Shown here: positions 1 to 10,607 of the stretch, piece by piece
Position numbering within the stretch: position 1 is the stretch's first letter
How the letters are laid out: every line of letters begins with the position of its first letter
Source: an uncultured Gemmatimonadaceae bacterium
GTDB taxonomy: Bacteria > Gemmatimonadota > Gemmatimonadetes > Gemmatimonadales > Gemmatimonadaceae
DNA: 64,000 nt
Reading direction: 5' to 3'
Assembly (NCBI GenBank): GCA_963829055.1
Contig: CAWHHI010000019.1
Location: forward strand, 1 to 64,000
Notes under the pieces: generated by a model
What the model was told of the DNA's origin: nothing
The model's database searches: none
What the model saw: the letters and a program-made list of their open reading frames with translations, nothing else
Position numbers and translations under genes: made by a program

Positions 1-867
<867 letters not shown>

Positions 868-877
868 GACGCCAGTA

Positions 878-1035
878 TGAATGACGAATTCCGAATGTCT
901 AATGAGCAACAACTGCTGTAGCGTCCGCTGTCCCCAGCGGATAAACGAGCGGCGAAATATTGACCACATGCAGCGAAATGCGCGCAGGACAGCGCACTTC
1001 TACAACATTCGGGCTTCTTATTCCTTCGTCATTCG
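878..1035. repeat. Pair of inverted short-repeat tracts (GAATGACGAA-like) flanking the serS/DUF4126 divergent intergenic region
   Basis: gaatgacgaattccgaatgtctaatga at ~879-905 and the roughly complementary cattcgggcttcttattccttcgtcattcg at ~1006-1036. Confidence 0.4.
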
Positions 1036-1088
1036 CAACTGGCCAAGCTCGCGCGTGACTTTGATTGGTTCGCACCCGATGTTTGCTC

Positions 1089-1715
1089 GTGGAAAAACTC
1101 CATCTCCTTAGCGTCGCGCTCGGTCTCGCCGCGCTCGCAGGGGTTAATCTTTACCTGACCGTTTTTGCCACTGGGCTCGCAATCCATTTTCACTGGATTA
1201 CTCTCGGACCGCAGTATCAATCGCTGGAAGTCCTCGGCAATCCATGGATCATCAGTATCGCCGGTGTTCTCTACTTGCTTGAGTTTTTCGCCGATAAAAT
1301 TCCATGGGTGGACTCACTCTGGGACGCCGTCCATACCGTGATTCGTCCGATCGGCGGCGCTTTGCTTGCGATCCAAGTGCTCGGTCATCCCAGTCCTGCG
1401 TTTACGGTCATCGTCGCGTTGTTGGCGGGAGGCACGAGCCTCCTTGCGCACACGGCGAAAGCAGCGACGCGGCTCGCCAGCAATACATCGCCAGAACCGC
1501 TTACAAATATCGGGCTAAGTCTTGGCGAAGACGCTGCGGTGCTGGGTGGCCTGACTCTTGTGAATCTCAGTCCCCTCCTCGCCTTGATCATCTTCTTAAT
1601 CTGCATCGGCGCCTTCTGGTATTTTGCACGAAGAATCTTGCGATCGATTAAAGACAAGCTCGGGGTGGCCCGTAAGAAATCGGACGAACCTGTAGATCGC
1701 AACGTGCAGGTATAA
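1089..1715 (+). CDS. DUF4126 family membrane protein
   Basis: GLAALAGVNLYLT, EFFADKIPWVDSLWD...IRP and SLGED motifs; multiple hydrophobic helices; likely GTG start at 1089. Confidence 0.85.
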   Translation: MEKLHLLSVALGLAALAGVNLYLTVFATGLAIHFHWITLGPQYQSLEVLGNPWIISIAGVLYLLEFFADKIPWVDSLWDAVHTVIRPIGGALLAIQVLGHPSPAFTVIVALLAGGTSLLAHTAKAATRLASNTSPEPLTNIGLSLGEDAAVLGGLTLVNLSPLLALIIFLICIGAFWYFARRILRSIKDKLGVARKKSDEPVDRNVQV

Positions 1716-1816
1716 TGACGCGAGATCATCCTGAGCATACTACAGCGCGCTGCTTTGATCCGCGTCATCCATACAAGACCTAACCAGCTGAGCCTGATCT
1801 CAAATTAGAACTGACT

Positions 1817-2089
1817 ATGCCTTGGATTCTTAGGTTTGCGATCGGCTCGCTTTTCGTATTTGTCATCGGCGCGGTGATGATTGCGTGGGCATGCATGTCC
1901 ACAGGGTGGGAAACGCTCAGCTGGTTCGCGTGGGGGTGCGTCACGGCCGGGGCCGGCCTGATTGGGACCGCTCTCCTGGCTGTGCTAAGTGCCGGGATTC
2001 ACCGAGGGTGGCGGAGATTTTCTCTCGCGCTCATGAGTGCGTCGGTCTTCCTGTTTCTGTTACTCCTGATTTTTGCCAAGTTCGCGTGA
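1817..2089 (+). CDS. Small hypothetical membrane protein (about 3 TM helices)
   Basis: 90-aa ATG ORF, strongly hydrophobic. Confidence 0.6.
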   Translation: MPWILRFAIGSLFVFVIGAVMIAWACMSTGWETLSWFAWGCVTAGAGLIGTALLAVLSAGIHRGWRRFSLALMSASVFLFLLLLIFAKFA

Positions 2090-2148
2090 TGAAACTTTCA
2101 ACCCTTCGGCTGCTCAACTCTTCTAAATGGGTTAGGCATTGTAGAGTT

Positions 2149-2947
2149 ATGACTCGATTGGTCGTCATACTTTTTGTGCTCCTGCCGCAATTGGCTTCTG
2201 CTAAGCGTGTCGCTCCCGTGAACGCTGCCCCTGTAATTTCACGAAGGCATCCGCTATATCGCGCCGAATGACGATGGCCGCCGCGGATATATCGAGGCGG
2301 GGGATGTCCGGAGTAACAAGAAGCTGTGGGAATTGACAATTTTTAGTAATGGTATCGATCCAACTCTCGAGGAAGACGTTCAATGGGTGTTCATCAAGGC
2401 AATAAACATCCAGGATGGCAGGGTTATGGTCACATCCGAACGTGGTAAGACCTATCAGGTCGATGTAAACACGAAAGCGATCACTCAATCTGAGTCAGTA
2501 TCGTCGCCATCGCCAGGACCGATTCGTGACGTGCCTGACGCAGTCAAAAAAGCCCTAACGAACGGGTCGGCCGGAAAAGAGTATGATCTTTCCTTTCGCA
2601 TCAACCCGTCCTATCTGGAGGGAGATTTCAATGGCGACGGCAAGATGGATGTAGCAGCTTTGGTAAAGGAACGCTCGACCGGTAAGCTTGGAATTGCGAT
2701 CGTTCATAATACGACTGGAAAAGTGACAATTCTCGGGGCCGGCATTGGTATCGGCAACGGTGGCGATGATTTCGAATGGATGGATTCCTGGCAGGTTTAC
2801 TCCAAGACGCATGCCGGCCATGCCGCAACTGAAACCACTGCCCCACGTCTCAGGGGCGACGCGCTTCTGGTTGAAAAGAGTGAAGCCGCCAGCGCATTGA
2901 TTTATTGGAATGGCAAACGGTATGTCTGGTCTCAACAGGGTGACTAG
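2149..2947 (+). CDS. Exported hypothetical protein with an FG-GAP-like GDFNGDGKMD motif; apparent indel near 2240
   Basis: Signal-like N-terminus MTRLVVILFVLLPQLASAKR in one frame joins EGIRYIAPNDDGRRGYIEA...WELTIFSN in the frame of ORF 2333..2947. Confidence 0.6.
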
Positions 2948-2976
2948 CAGCTGGCTCTGTGCGAATTCGCACGAGG

Positions 2977-4476
2977 TTACCGAGTAATCAAAATATATCG
3001 CATGCCCCGCTCGTGTTGCTCTTGCTCATTTAATTGCAATTGAGCAAGAGTAGCACCTTGAAGATCGCGCATTAGAGCCGCCGCTTTTTCTTTTGAAACA
3101 ACGAGCGCGTCCAGATTTCCGGCATTCCATTCCGTGACAGCGTCAGCAGGCTTAACGAAGTGCATCTTTCGAAGATAGAGAAGCAGCCCTTCATCTTTGG
3201 CAGATACGACATCGTAATGCCAGTGATGCGCTTCCGCTACGCGCCGCACGTTTTTCCCAAAGACGGCGAGCGTGTCGCGATGATCGCGATAGCCGGTGAT
3301 CATCTTCCAACCTGTGTAGCCGCCGGTGAAAAGCATTGCCAAGACCAGCGCTGCCACGGTCCAAAGGTAGGGTCGGCGCGCTGCGCCGACCGGACGCCGC
3401 AGCGCGGCCTCCCTACCATTAATCTGCGCCGCCAGCAGCAGACACAGTGGTGGAATCACAGGAAAAATTCTATCGACGCGCTTTGATGGGATGAGCGACA
3501 TCACGATCAGTCCACCAATGCTCCAGCAAAGCAGCCAGAAAGTTTCCGGAGACATTTCGCGAAACAGGGAGCGCAACCGCCAGTTTCGCGATCGAAGACC
3601 GACAAACGCGAGCGCGATCATCAGCACGCTCCATGGCGCGAATTTGTGTAATAGATGCGGCAGATAAAAAAGGAGCGGCTGTGGCCGATGAATTGTTTCA
3701 CCAAAGCGGCCAACGAATTCGCGCATCACAACTTCCTCGTAAAATCCTGGTTGAAATCGAATGCCGCCGATTACCCACGCTAGAAAAATCGCAAGTGAGG
3801 CAAGCCATGGCCACCAACCGGGCCAGGCACTAACCGAGATCGTTGTCGGCTCGCCCGGCGGTCGCGCCCTACCACGACGAATTTGGAACAACGCAATGCC
3901 CGGCAATAGAAAAGCATAGACGATCGGACCTTTGATTAACATCGCCGCGGTGAGCAGAACAAAGACGTACACTTGATCGCGCAGTTTCCATTCGTGTCCC
4001 CAGCGGATTTTTTGCCAGATCAGCAGGCCGATCAGAAAAATCACAAGTGCCAGCGGCATGTCGGTACGCACGAGCGTGGCTAGCCGCGGGCTCAGCAGAT
4101 TCAGACCAAATGCGCCGACTGCAATTACGGCGGCGACTTTTCCATACGCGTCTTTAGCAGCTCGGAATAACACAAACGCGAGGGCGAGCGCGGAGACAAG
4201 CGACGGCAAACGCCATGCGATGTCCCACGATCGCGTCACCGCGAAAAGCGCAGCTGAGATCCAGCCGGCCAATGGCGGCTTTGTCGCGACTCGCTCGTGC
4301 GGCGTGTGCTGATAAAGCCAATGGCCCTCCTTGACCATTTCGAATGAGGTGAACGCCTGCTTCGCCTGATCGTAGTCGTCGAGCTGCCAAGGAAAATTGG
4401 CGATCGCGAACAAAACGACGATCAGTGCCGCGACGATCCACAGCGTGCGGCGGTCTTCGAGCAGGCCTCTTGTCAT
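2977..4476 (-). CDS. ArnT/PMT-like (GT39/GT83-type) membrane glycosyltransferase
   Basis: TKPPLAGW, RLPS, RTDM, IKGP and SLIPSKRVDRIFP motifs; many TM segments. Confidence 0.85.
   Translation of the reverse strand: MTRGLLEDRRTLWIVAALIVVLFAIANFPWQLDDYDQAKQAFTSFEMVKEGHWLYQHTPHERVATKPPLAGWISAALFAVTRSWDIAWRLPSLVSALALAFVLFRAAKDAYGKVAAVIAVGAFGLNLLSPRLATLVRTDMPLALVIFLIGLLIWQKIRWGHEWKLRDQVYVFVLLTAAMLIKGPIVYAFLLPGIALFQIRRGRARPPGEPTTISVSAWPGWWPWLASLAIFLAWVIGGIRFQPGFYEEVVMREFVGRFGETIHRPQPLLFYLPHLLHKFAPWSVLMIALAFVGLRSRNWRLRSLFREMSPETFWLLCWSIGGLIVMSLIPSKRVDRIFPVIPPLCLLLAAQINGREAALRRPVGAARRPYLWTVAALVLAMLFTGGYTGWKMITGYRDHRDTLAVFGKNVRRVAEAHHWHYDVVSAKDEGLLLYLRKMHFVKPADAVTEWNAGNLDALVVSKEKAAALMRDLQGATLAQLQLNEQEQHERGMRYILITR
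3366..3417. repeat. GTAG-type REP-like palindromic doublet inside the ArnT-like CDS
   Basis: GGTAGGG...CCCTACC ends with internal hairpin GGTCGGCGC-GCT-GCGCCGACC; translated as GREAALRRPVGAARRPY. Confidence 0.7.
3845..3873 (-). repeat. Single GTAG-type REP-like unit inside the ArnT-like CDS
   Basis: Minus strand GGTAGGGCGCGACCGCCGGGCGAGCCGAC; translated as GRARPPGEPT. Confidence 0.55.
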
Positions 4477-4626
4477 GTCGAGCGAAGTCGAGACATCCCG
4501 CGAAGTTCGCTCAGGGCTATGCCACGGGGTTTGATTCGCTCACTTCCCGTTCGCTCAGCCTTCGGCCTTCCCGTCCATGTCGCGGCTTCCCCAGCCGCTC
4601 CATTCTCGACTCCGGCCGGGATGACA
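4471..4626. repeat. MITE-like palindromic intergenic element with TGTCAT...ATGACA termini
   Basis: Starts TGTCATGTCGAGCGAAGTCGAGACATC and ends TTCTCGACTCCGGCCGGGATGACA; fills the cyclase-ArnT spacer. Confidence 0.65.
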
Positions 4627-4637
4627 ATCATATGGAT

Positions 4638-5285
4638 TCAATCACGCCAAAGCACGGCGCGCACCGGTGCGCCATCGGCGCCCGCGATTTTCAGAGGCAG
4701 CGCCGCAAAATTGTAAATGCCGGATGCAACGTCGCTGAGATCGAGTGATTCAATGATGGCGATTCCGGCAGCGGCAAGCGCGTGGTGATTCTGCAACGAT
4801 TTCGAATCTAATTCGTCCATCGACGGCAGATCGACGCCCAGCAGTTTCACACCGTTTTTTTGCAGCCACGCCGGAACATCGGCCGCAATTACAGGGATTC
4901 GACTTGGAAAAACTGTCGAGTCGCTCCATCGACCGGTCTTTGCCAGGAGACGTGAGGTCGCGGCGATCTCTTCGGCGTGCGGACGAAGATCTTCACGAGT
5001 GATCAGATGTTTCTCGGGCGATTGAAAAAAAGTTTGCGAGAGATCGACCACGATTGCGCGGCCCAGGTAAATCTCGAGCGACGCTTTCTCAATCGGCGTC
5101 CCGTTCATCTCGAAATGAAATCGAGCATCGGCATGGGTGCCGTTGTGCACGCTCATCGCGATCGCGCCGAGATTTACGCTGGCGCCTTTTGCGATCTCGT
5201 TTGTAACACGATAACGAAACGGTTCGTCACCCGGCCATTCGGCAAGGTCATTCGATAGCGTTCGTGAGATGTCCCAGATCTTCAT
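4638..5285 (-). CDS. Cyclase family protein (kynurenine formamidase KynB-like)
   Basis: HNGTHADARFH metal motif, GVDLPSMD, GADGAPVRAVL; ATG overlaps the lpxB stop. Confidence 0.88.
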   Translation of the reverse strand: MKIWDISRTLSNDLAEWPGDEPFRYRVTNEIAKGASVNLGAIAMSVHNGTHADARFHFEMNGTPIEKASLEIYLGRAIVVDLSQTFFQSPEKHLITREDLRPHAEEIAATSRLLAKTGRWSDSTVFPSRIPVIAADVPAWLQKNGVKLLGVDLPSMDELDSKSLQNHHALAAAGIAIIESLDLSDVASGIYNFAALPLKIAGADGAPVRAVLWRD

Positions 5286-6475
5286 CGTGTTCTCCAAGGA
5301 GCGGCGGTCTCCAGACCGCCGGGGCGATCTGGAGATCGCCCTTCCTTGAGTTCCTCGAGAATTGCCTGCGCAGCTCTTTCGCTGGCGCCGGTGCCGCCGA
5401 GTTTGCGGGTAGTCACTTCAAAATCCGAAATCATTCGATCACGTGCGGGTGAGTCTTCCATTAGCGACCGGACGGCGTTTACGATGGCGTCCGGTTTTGC
5501 CTCGTGTTGGATAAACTCCGGAACGACTTCTTTGCCTGCAAGCAAATTAGGCATACCGAGAAAGTCTACATTCACGACGAGACGCGCTGCCACGTACGTC
5601 GGCCAGGCAACTTTGTAAATCAGCACGAACGGCATTCCAAAATAAGCAGCCTCAAGCGTGGCGCTTCCCGAGGCCACGATTCCAACGAAGGCGCGCTGCA
5701 TGATAACCGCAGTCTGGCGAACTGCGATTTCAATTGATTCGCGATCCGCTAATTGTTTAGCCCTCAACATTTCACTCATCTCGCGCGCGAGTTCTTCGGA
5801 TGCAGCTGCGACTTGGAAGCGCAACGTTGGGTTGAGTTGCAAAAGCCGGCGCGCGGCTTCGATCATCACCGGAAAGATTTTTCGTACTTCGCGCGAGCGA
5901 CTTCCCGGAAAAAGTCCGACCAGATTTTGATCACAGTGAGTGTCGATCTTCTCCGTCTCAAGCCTTTCGATCATTGGATGACCGACAAACACTGCGCGGA
6001 GTCCCGACGCGGCGTAGAGCTCAGTCTCAAACGGAAAAATGCACAGCACAAGATCGACGAAGCGCGCCATTTTTTTGATGCGTCCGCGGTTCCACGCCCA
6101 GACCTGCGGGCTGATGTAATAAATAGTTTTGTGCCTTTGCGATTGCCTTCGCAGAGAGCGCGCCAGTCGCAAATTGAAACCCGGATAATCGATCAAAACG
6201 ACTGCGTCGGGTTTGCTTTCCTGAATTTCCGCCAGTGTCTGACGGAACTGCTCGCGAAAGTAACCGTAATTTCTCAGGACCTCCCATAGACCGAGGACGC
6301 CTGCATCACCGATCCAGTTCTTAAATTGCGCGCCGGCTATCTGCTGCATTAGCGGGCCGCCGCGTCCGCTGAATTTCAGCTCAGGATCCAACACGCGCAG
6401 CGAACGCATCAATGCTGCGCCGTGATTATCGGCACTCACTTCGCCAGCGACGAAATAGATGGTCATGGACTTCAT
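5282..6475 (-). CDS. lpxB: Lipid-A-disaccharide synthase
   Basis: VAGEVSAD, IDYPGFN, YYISPQVWAW, FVGHP, FPGSRSRE, ASGSATLE. Confidence 0.96.
   Translation of the reverse strand: MKSMTIYFVAGEVSADNHGAALMRSLRVLDPELKFSGRGGPLMQQIAGAQFKNWIGDAGVLGLWEVLRNYGYFREQFRQTLAEIQESKPDAVVLIDYPGFNLRLARSLRRQSQRHKTIYYISPQVWAWNRGRIKKMARFVDLVLCIFPFETELYAASGLRAVFVGHPMIERLETEKIDTHCDQNLVGLFPGSRSREVRKIFPVMIEAARRLLQLNPTLRFQVAAASEELAREMSEMLRAKQLADRESIEIAVRQTAVIMQRAFVGIVASGSATLEAAYFGMPFVLIYKVAWPTYVAARLVVNVDFLGMPNLLAGKEVVPEFIQHEAKPDAIVNAVRSLMEDSPARDRMISDFEVTTRKLGGTGASERAAQAILEELKEGRSPDRPGGLETAAPWRTR
5296..5347. repeat. Twin-hairpin REP-like element forming the last codons of lpxB
   Basis: AAGGAG-CGGCGGTCT-CC-AGACCGCC-GG-GGCGATCT-GG-AGATCGCC-CTTCCTT. 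Confidence 0.6.
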
Positions 6476-6481
6476 CTCCGT

Positions 6482-6552
6482 TGTAGCCGCGGGCCTGTGG
6501 CCCGTCCACCGTTGATGCTTACAAAAAGACCGCCCCCAGGGCGGTGGCTACA
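6482..6552. repeat. GTAG-type REP-like inverted doublet in an intergenic region
   Basis: TGTAGCC...GGCTACA termini with internal hairpins CGGGCC-TGT-GGCCCG and ACCGCCC-CCA-GGGCGGT. Confidence 0.65.
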
Positions 6553-6571
6553 GCAACCTAACCGAGCTGTC

Positions 6572-7492
6572 TTATCCAATCGACGAGATCTGCTTCGTGA
6601 TCTTAACAGCCAGCTCCAGTGCCGCGGTCGCTTGAGAACCGGAAACACGTGGCTGGCGTCCGGTGGTTGCGCATTCAATGAAGGACGTGAGCTGAAGCTT
6701 GAGTGGTTCGCCGTGTTCGATCTCGGCCCTGTCACGCCAAATTTGTTTGCCAACCCGGCGATAGATCTCGCCGCTTTGATTTTGATAATCGAGCGAGATA
6801 TACGCGTCTTCCTGAAAGATTCGAATCTTGCGCATCCGCTCGGGACTGATTCGGCTGGCGGTCACGTTTGCCACGCAACCGTCTTCGAAGTGGAGTCTCG
6901 CGTTTGCAATGTCTTCGCTCTGGCTGAGCACGGGCACGCCGACTGCGTCGATACTCCAAAGAGGCGAGCGGACAAAATTCAAAATGACTTCCAGATCGTG
7001 AATCATTAGATCGAGCACGACGCCGATATCAGCGCTGCGTTCGGTGTACGGCGAGAGTCGATGCGCTTCGATGAAGCGCGGGTGCGTCAGATGTTTTTCG
7101 AGCGCGCCCAGAACCGGGTTGAAGCGCTCGACATGGCCCACTTGCAGGATGAGACCGTTAAGCGCAGCCAATTCCGCAAGCTCGGTAGCATGTGCAGTGT
7201 TGTCGGTGATCGGTTTCTCGATCAGCACATGTTTGCCCTTGTTGAGGAGAGCCCGTGCAACGTCGTAGTGAGTATTGGTGGGCGTTGCTACAGAAGCGGC
7301 GTCAACCGTCGCGATGAAATCATCGAGCGATTTGGCGGACGTCGCGCCGAATTTGCTCGCAATGGTGCGGCTCCTGAACGGCTCCACGTCGTATACCGCG
7401 GTGAACTCAGCGGAGGGAGTTTCCGCGTAGATCCGTGCATGATTGCTTCCGATATGACCAACCCCAATAACGCCAACGCGCAGCTCTTTCAT
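6572..7492 (-). CDS. Gfo/Idh/MocA family oxidoreductase
   Basis: GVIGVGHIG Rossmann motif, HVLIEKP, QVGHVERFNP, DLMIHDL; a family often found next to lpx genes. Confidence 0.92.
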   Translation of the reverse strand: MKELRVGVIGVGHIGSNHARIYAETPSAEFTAVYDVEPFRSRTIASKFGATSAKSLDDFIATVDAASVATPTNTHYDVARALLNKGKHVLIEKPITDNTAHATELAELAALNGLILQVGHVERFNPVLGALEKHLTHPRFIEAHRLSPYTERSADIGVVLDLMIHDLEVILNFVRSPLWSIDAVGVPVLSQSEDIANARLHFEDGCVANVTASRISPERMRKIRIFQEDAYISLDYQNQSGEIYRRVGKQIWRDRAEIEHGEPLKLQLTSFIECATTGRQPRVSGSQATAALELAVKITKQISSIG

Positions 7493-7638
7493 TGGTACCC
7501 CGATGCAGTCAACTCCGAAAGCTTTCACGGGTCAACGCTCGAAAGTCTTCGGCAACGAATGATGGCGTCCAAGCCGTCATGTCTGAAACCGACGACTGCC
7601 CATACTGTTGGTCTATGAATCGACGCAATGCGGCGTCG

Positions 7639-8580
7639 CTACTTCTGCGGCCAGTTAGAGAGGAACCATTCGTAAGTTTGGGCGATGCCTTCCCGCAACG
7701 GGATCGTATGCCGCCAGCCGAGCGCGCGAATTCTGGTCACGTCTAAAAGTTTGCGCGGCGTGCCGTCCGGCTTCGTTTTGTCCCAAACGAGTTCGCCGTC
7801 GAAACCGACCACATCGCAGATTAACTCGGCTAGCTCGCGAACGGTGATGTCTTCGCCGCAACCAATGTTGATGATTTCTGGCGAATCGTATTTCTCGAGC
7901 AACAAGAGACAGGCGGCAGCAAGATCGTCCACGTGCAAAAACTCCCGGCGCGGTTCCCCGGTTCCCCACGCGACCAGCTTTTTCTCGTTTCGGTTTTTCG
8001 CTTCGTGTGCCTTGCGCAGCAGAGCAGCCAGCGCATGTGATGTCTCCAGATCGAAATTGTCGTTAGGACCGTAAAGATTTGTGGGCATGACCGAGATGAA
8101 ATTCGCGCCGTACTCGCGCGCATACGCCTGACAAAGTTTGATTCCAGCGATCTTCGCGATCGCGTACGCTTCATTGGTAGGCTCCAGCGGGCCAGTGAGT
8201 AGCGCACTTTCGGGAATCGGTTGCGGCGCCAGCTTTGGATAAATGCAGGAGCTACCGAGAAAGAGCAGCTTGCGCACGCCAGTTTGGCACGCGGAGCGAA
8301 TGACGTTGTTCTGGATGCGCAAATTATCGAGCAGAAACTCCACCGGATAATCGTTGTTTGCTTTGATCCCGCCGACTTTTGCCGCCGCGAGAATCACTAT
8401 CACTGGTCTCTCTTCTAAAAAGAAGGGAAGGACCGCGCCCTCATCCATAAGATCGAGTCGCGATCGATCGGGCGTTAGCAGATTAGTGAAACCTTCCGCT
8501 TCGAGTCGCCGAACCAGCCCGCTCCCAACCATTCCGCGATGGCCGGAAACAAAGATTTTGTCAGATTTCTTCAACTGCAC
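7639..8580 (-). CDS. fcl: GDP-L-fucose synthase
   Basis: GHRGMVGS, AAAKVGGI, FLGSSCIYPK, YAIAK, MPTNLYGP, PDGTPRK; likely GTG start at 8580. Confidence 0.95.
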   Translation of the reverse strand: MQLKKSDKIFVSGHRGMVGSGLVRRLEAEGFTNLLTPDRSRLDLMDEGAVLPFFLEERPVIVILAAAKVGGIKANNDYPVEFLLDNLRIQNNVIRSACQTGVRKLLFLGSSCIYPKLAPQPIPESALLTGPLEPTNEAYAIAKIAGIKLCQAYAREYGANFISVMPTNLYGPNDNFDLETSHALAALLRKAHEAKNRNEKKLVAWGTGEPRREFLHVDDLAAACLLLLEKYDSPEIINIGCGEDITVRELAELICDVVGFDGELVWDKTKPDGTPRKLLDVTRIRALGWRHTIPLREGIAQTYEWFLSNWPQK

Positions 8581-8675
8581 TGTAGTCTCTCTAGTCAGAA
8601 ATTGTCCGGCAAGCAAGATGCCCACCGGGTGTTTGGTCTTGCTGAGAATGGCGCATCCATTTTGAATCCGGGGCA

Positions 8676-9426
8676 ATGAGATCCCATTGCGTGGTTCGCC
8701 ACGATAGGTCTAGGAACTGCCGCTTTGGCGCAAACATCGCCGTCACCGAAAGGGCTAGTGGACCAACTGATTCCGTGGTTGTTGAATGAAGATCAACAAC
8801 TGCGCGGCGTCCCGTTCAGCGAACTTATTTTCGATACAACCGGTAGAAAGGTGCTGCCCTTTGGTGCAAACAACGCGGTCGATCAACGCGTCGTGAAAGC
8901 GATCAGTGCCGCGTGCGATGAGACGATGAAGCGATTGAACGCGCCGGATAACGCGATCCAAAATGTCGATCGGATCAACGAAGTAAGCAGCCATTTCGAA
9001 GACACTCTGCGGGAGCTGCTCAATAAGGCTCCCGGTTTGCAGTGCGATTTCCCGCTCACGGTTGAGGGCAAAGTCCAACGTTCAGGTTATCCGGATCTGC
9101 GCATCACCGATCTGGAGAGCAAACGCGTGTTTTATTTGGATCCTAAGCTTTACGCCGCCGGAAGTCGCGACAGCAGTTTTCGCACATTTTATTTCGAGCC
9201 GAAGAAGTCTACGAATAAAGTGCGCGACGACGCAGTGCATTTCGTCGTTGGATTTGAGCATGCGGCACGCGAAACGGGATCGGGGTCTCCGAACGCGGCG
9301 TGGAAATTCACGCGATGGGATCTTGTCGATCTTTCGCGGTTTACCGTCAAACTGAAGGCCGAATTCCAGGGAAGCAACCGCGACATGTACCGGCCGGAGG
9401 CAATCGTCGCATCCAGCGCGAAGTAA
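8676..9426 (+). CDS. Hypothetical PD-(D/E)xK nuclease-fold-like protein, probably with a signal peptide (apparent indel at ~8684)
   Basis: GYPDLRITD...FYLDPK motif; removing one C from TCCC after the ATG at 8676 gives MRSIAWFATIGLGTAALA-QTSP in frame with ORF 8725..9426. Confidence 0.6.
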
Positions 9427-9500
9427 TTTTGATCTGGCGCCTGCTCGTGGACGAGTAAGAGTTGCTGAGCACCTCGCAGGAAGTAATGGTATTATGTTCA

Positions 9501-10160
9501 ATGATCTCCGGGGCGAAGGAAACGTTTCAGTTCGACGCGATTGACGATGTTCTTAGCGATATCGCCAAAGGGCGCATGGTGATCGTGACCGATGATGCGG
9601 ATCGCGAGAACGAAGGCGACCTGGTCATGGCGGCGGAAAAAGTGACGCCTGAAGCGGTCAATTTCATGGCCACACACGGCCGGGGTTTGATTTGCGTCCC
9701 GATCTCGAATGAGCGCGCCGACCAACTCGGCTTGCAACGGATGGTGACGCAAAACCGCGAAAAACATAACACCGACTTCACCGTTTCAGTCGACGCGGCG
9801 CGAGGCGTGACAACCGGCATAAGCGCCTATGATCGAGCGACGACGATATTGGCCCTCGCCAATCCGAAATCTGCGCCGGAAGATTTGAGTCAACCGGGTC
9901 ACATATTTCCATTACGTGCAAAAGACGGCGGGGTGCTGCGCCGGGCAGGTCACACCGAAGCCGCCGTGGATCTGGCAAGAATGGCAGGCCTGCAAGGCGC
10001 GGGCGTGCTGTGCGAGATTTTGCACGACGACGGCACCATGGCCCGTCTTCCGGAGCTCATGGAGTTCCGCAACAAACACGGGCTGCGCATTTGCACAATC
10101 CAGAGTTTGATCGCTTTTCGACGCAAGAGCGAGAAGCTGGTGGAGCTGGAGCAAATCGTA
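9501..10160 (+). CDS. ribB: 3,4-dihydroxy-2-butanone-4-phosphate synthase domain (RibB, probably RibBA), cut at the junction
   Basis: [38 protein letters not shown]; homology ends at [10 protein letters not shown]. Confidence 0.93.
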
Positions 10161-10516
10161 TCGAGCAGCTTGTGGTACGGCAGCACGAGGTGCGCGCGGT
10201 CGCTGATGTACAGGCGCCCCTCGACGTCGATTCCGTCCGCCACGAGACGGTCGACCTCGGCGAACAGCGTGTCGGGGTCGAGTACGACACCGTTACCGAT
10301 CGCGCAGCGGACACCCGGGTGCAGAATACCGCTCGGGATCTGGCGCAGGACGAACTTCGCGTCGCCGATGTGAACGGTGTGCCCGGCATTCGCGCCGCCC
10401 TGATAGCGTACGACCCAGTCCGCTCGCTCGGCGAGCACGTCTACGAGCTTCCCCTTCCCTTCATCGCCCCATTGTGCGCCAACGACGACGACAGTGCGCT
10501 TCTCCGTATCGAACAT
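10161..10516 (-). CDS. purA: Adenylosuccinate synthetase, N-terminal ~118 aa only, cut at the junction
   Basis: [27 protein letters not shown]; homology ends at [11 protein letters not shown]. Confidence 0.95.
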
Positions 10517-10571
10517 GGTTCCCCTTCGGGCATTGGCGTCGCGATCGCGGGAGCGACGTTTCCGACCGGCA

Positions 10572-10602
10572 CAAAAAAACGCCCCGGCTTCGGCGGGGCG
10601 TT
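10572..10602 (-). terminator. Intrinsic terminator-like hairpin upstream of purA
   Basis: Minus strand AACGCCCCG-CCGAAGC-CGGGGCGTT running into a T7 tract. Confidence 0.75.
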
Positions 10603-10607
10603 AAATG

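Noticed and set aside
9462..10516. Overlapping antisense ribB/purA hybrid ORFs as a novel fusion
   Set aside because: Each is a truncated gene reading into the other's antisense strand at the chimeric junction.
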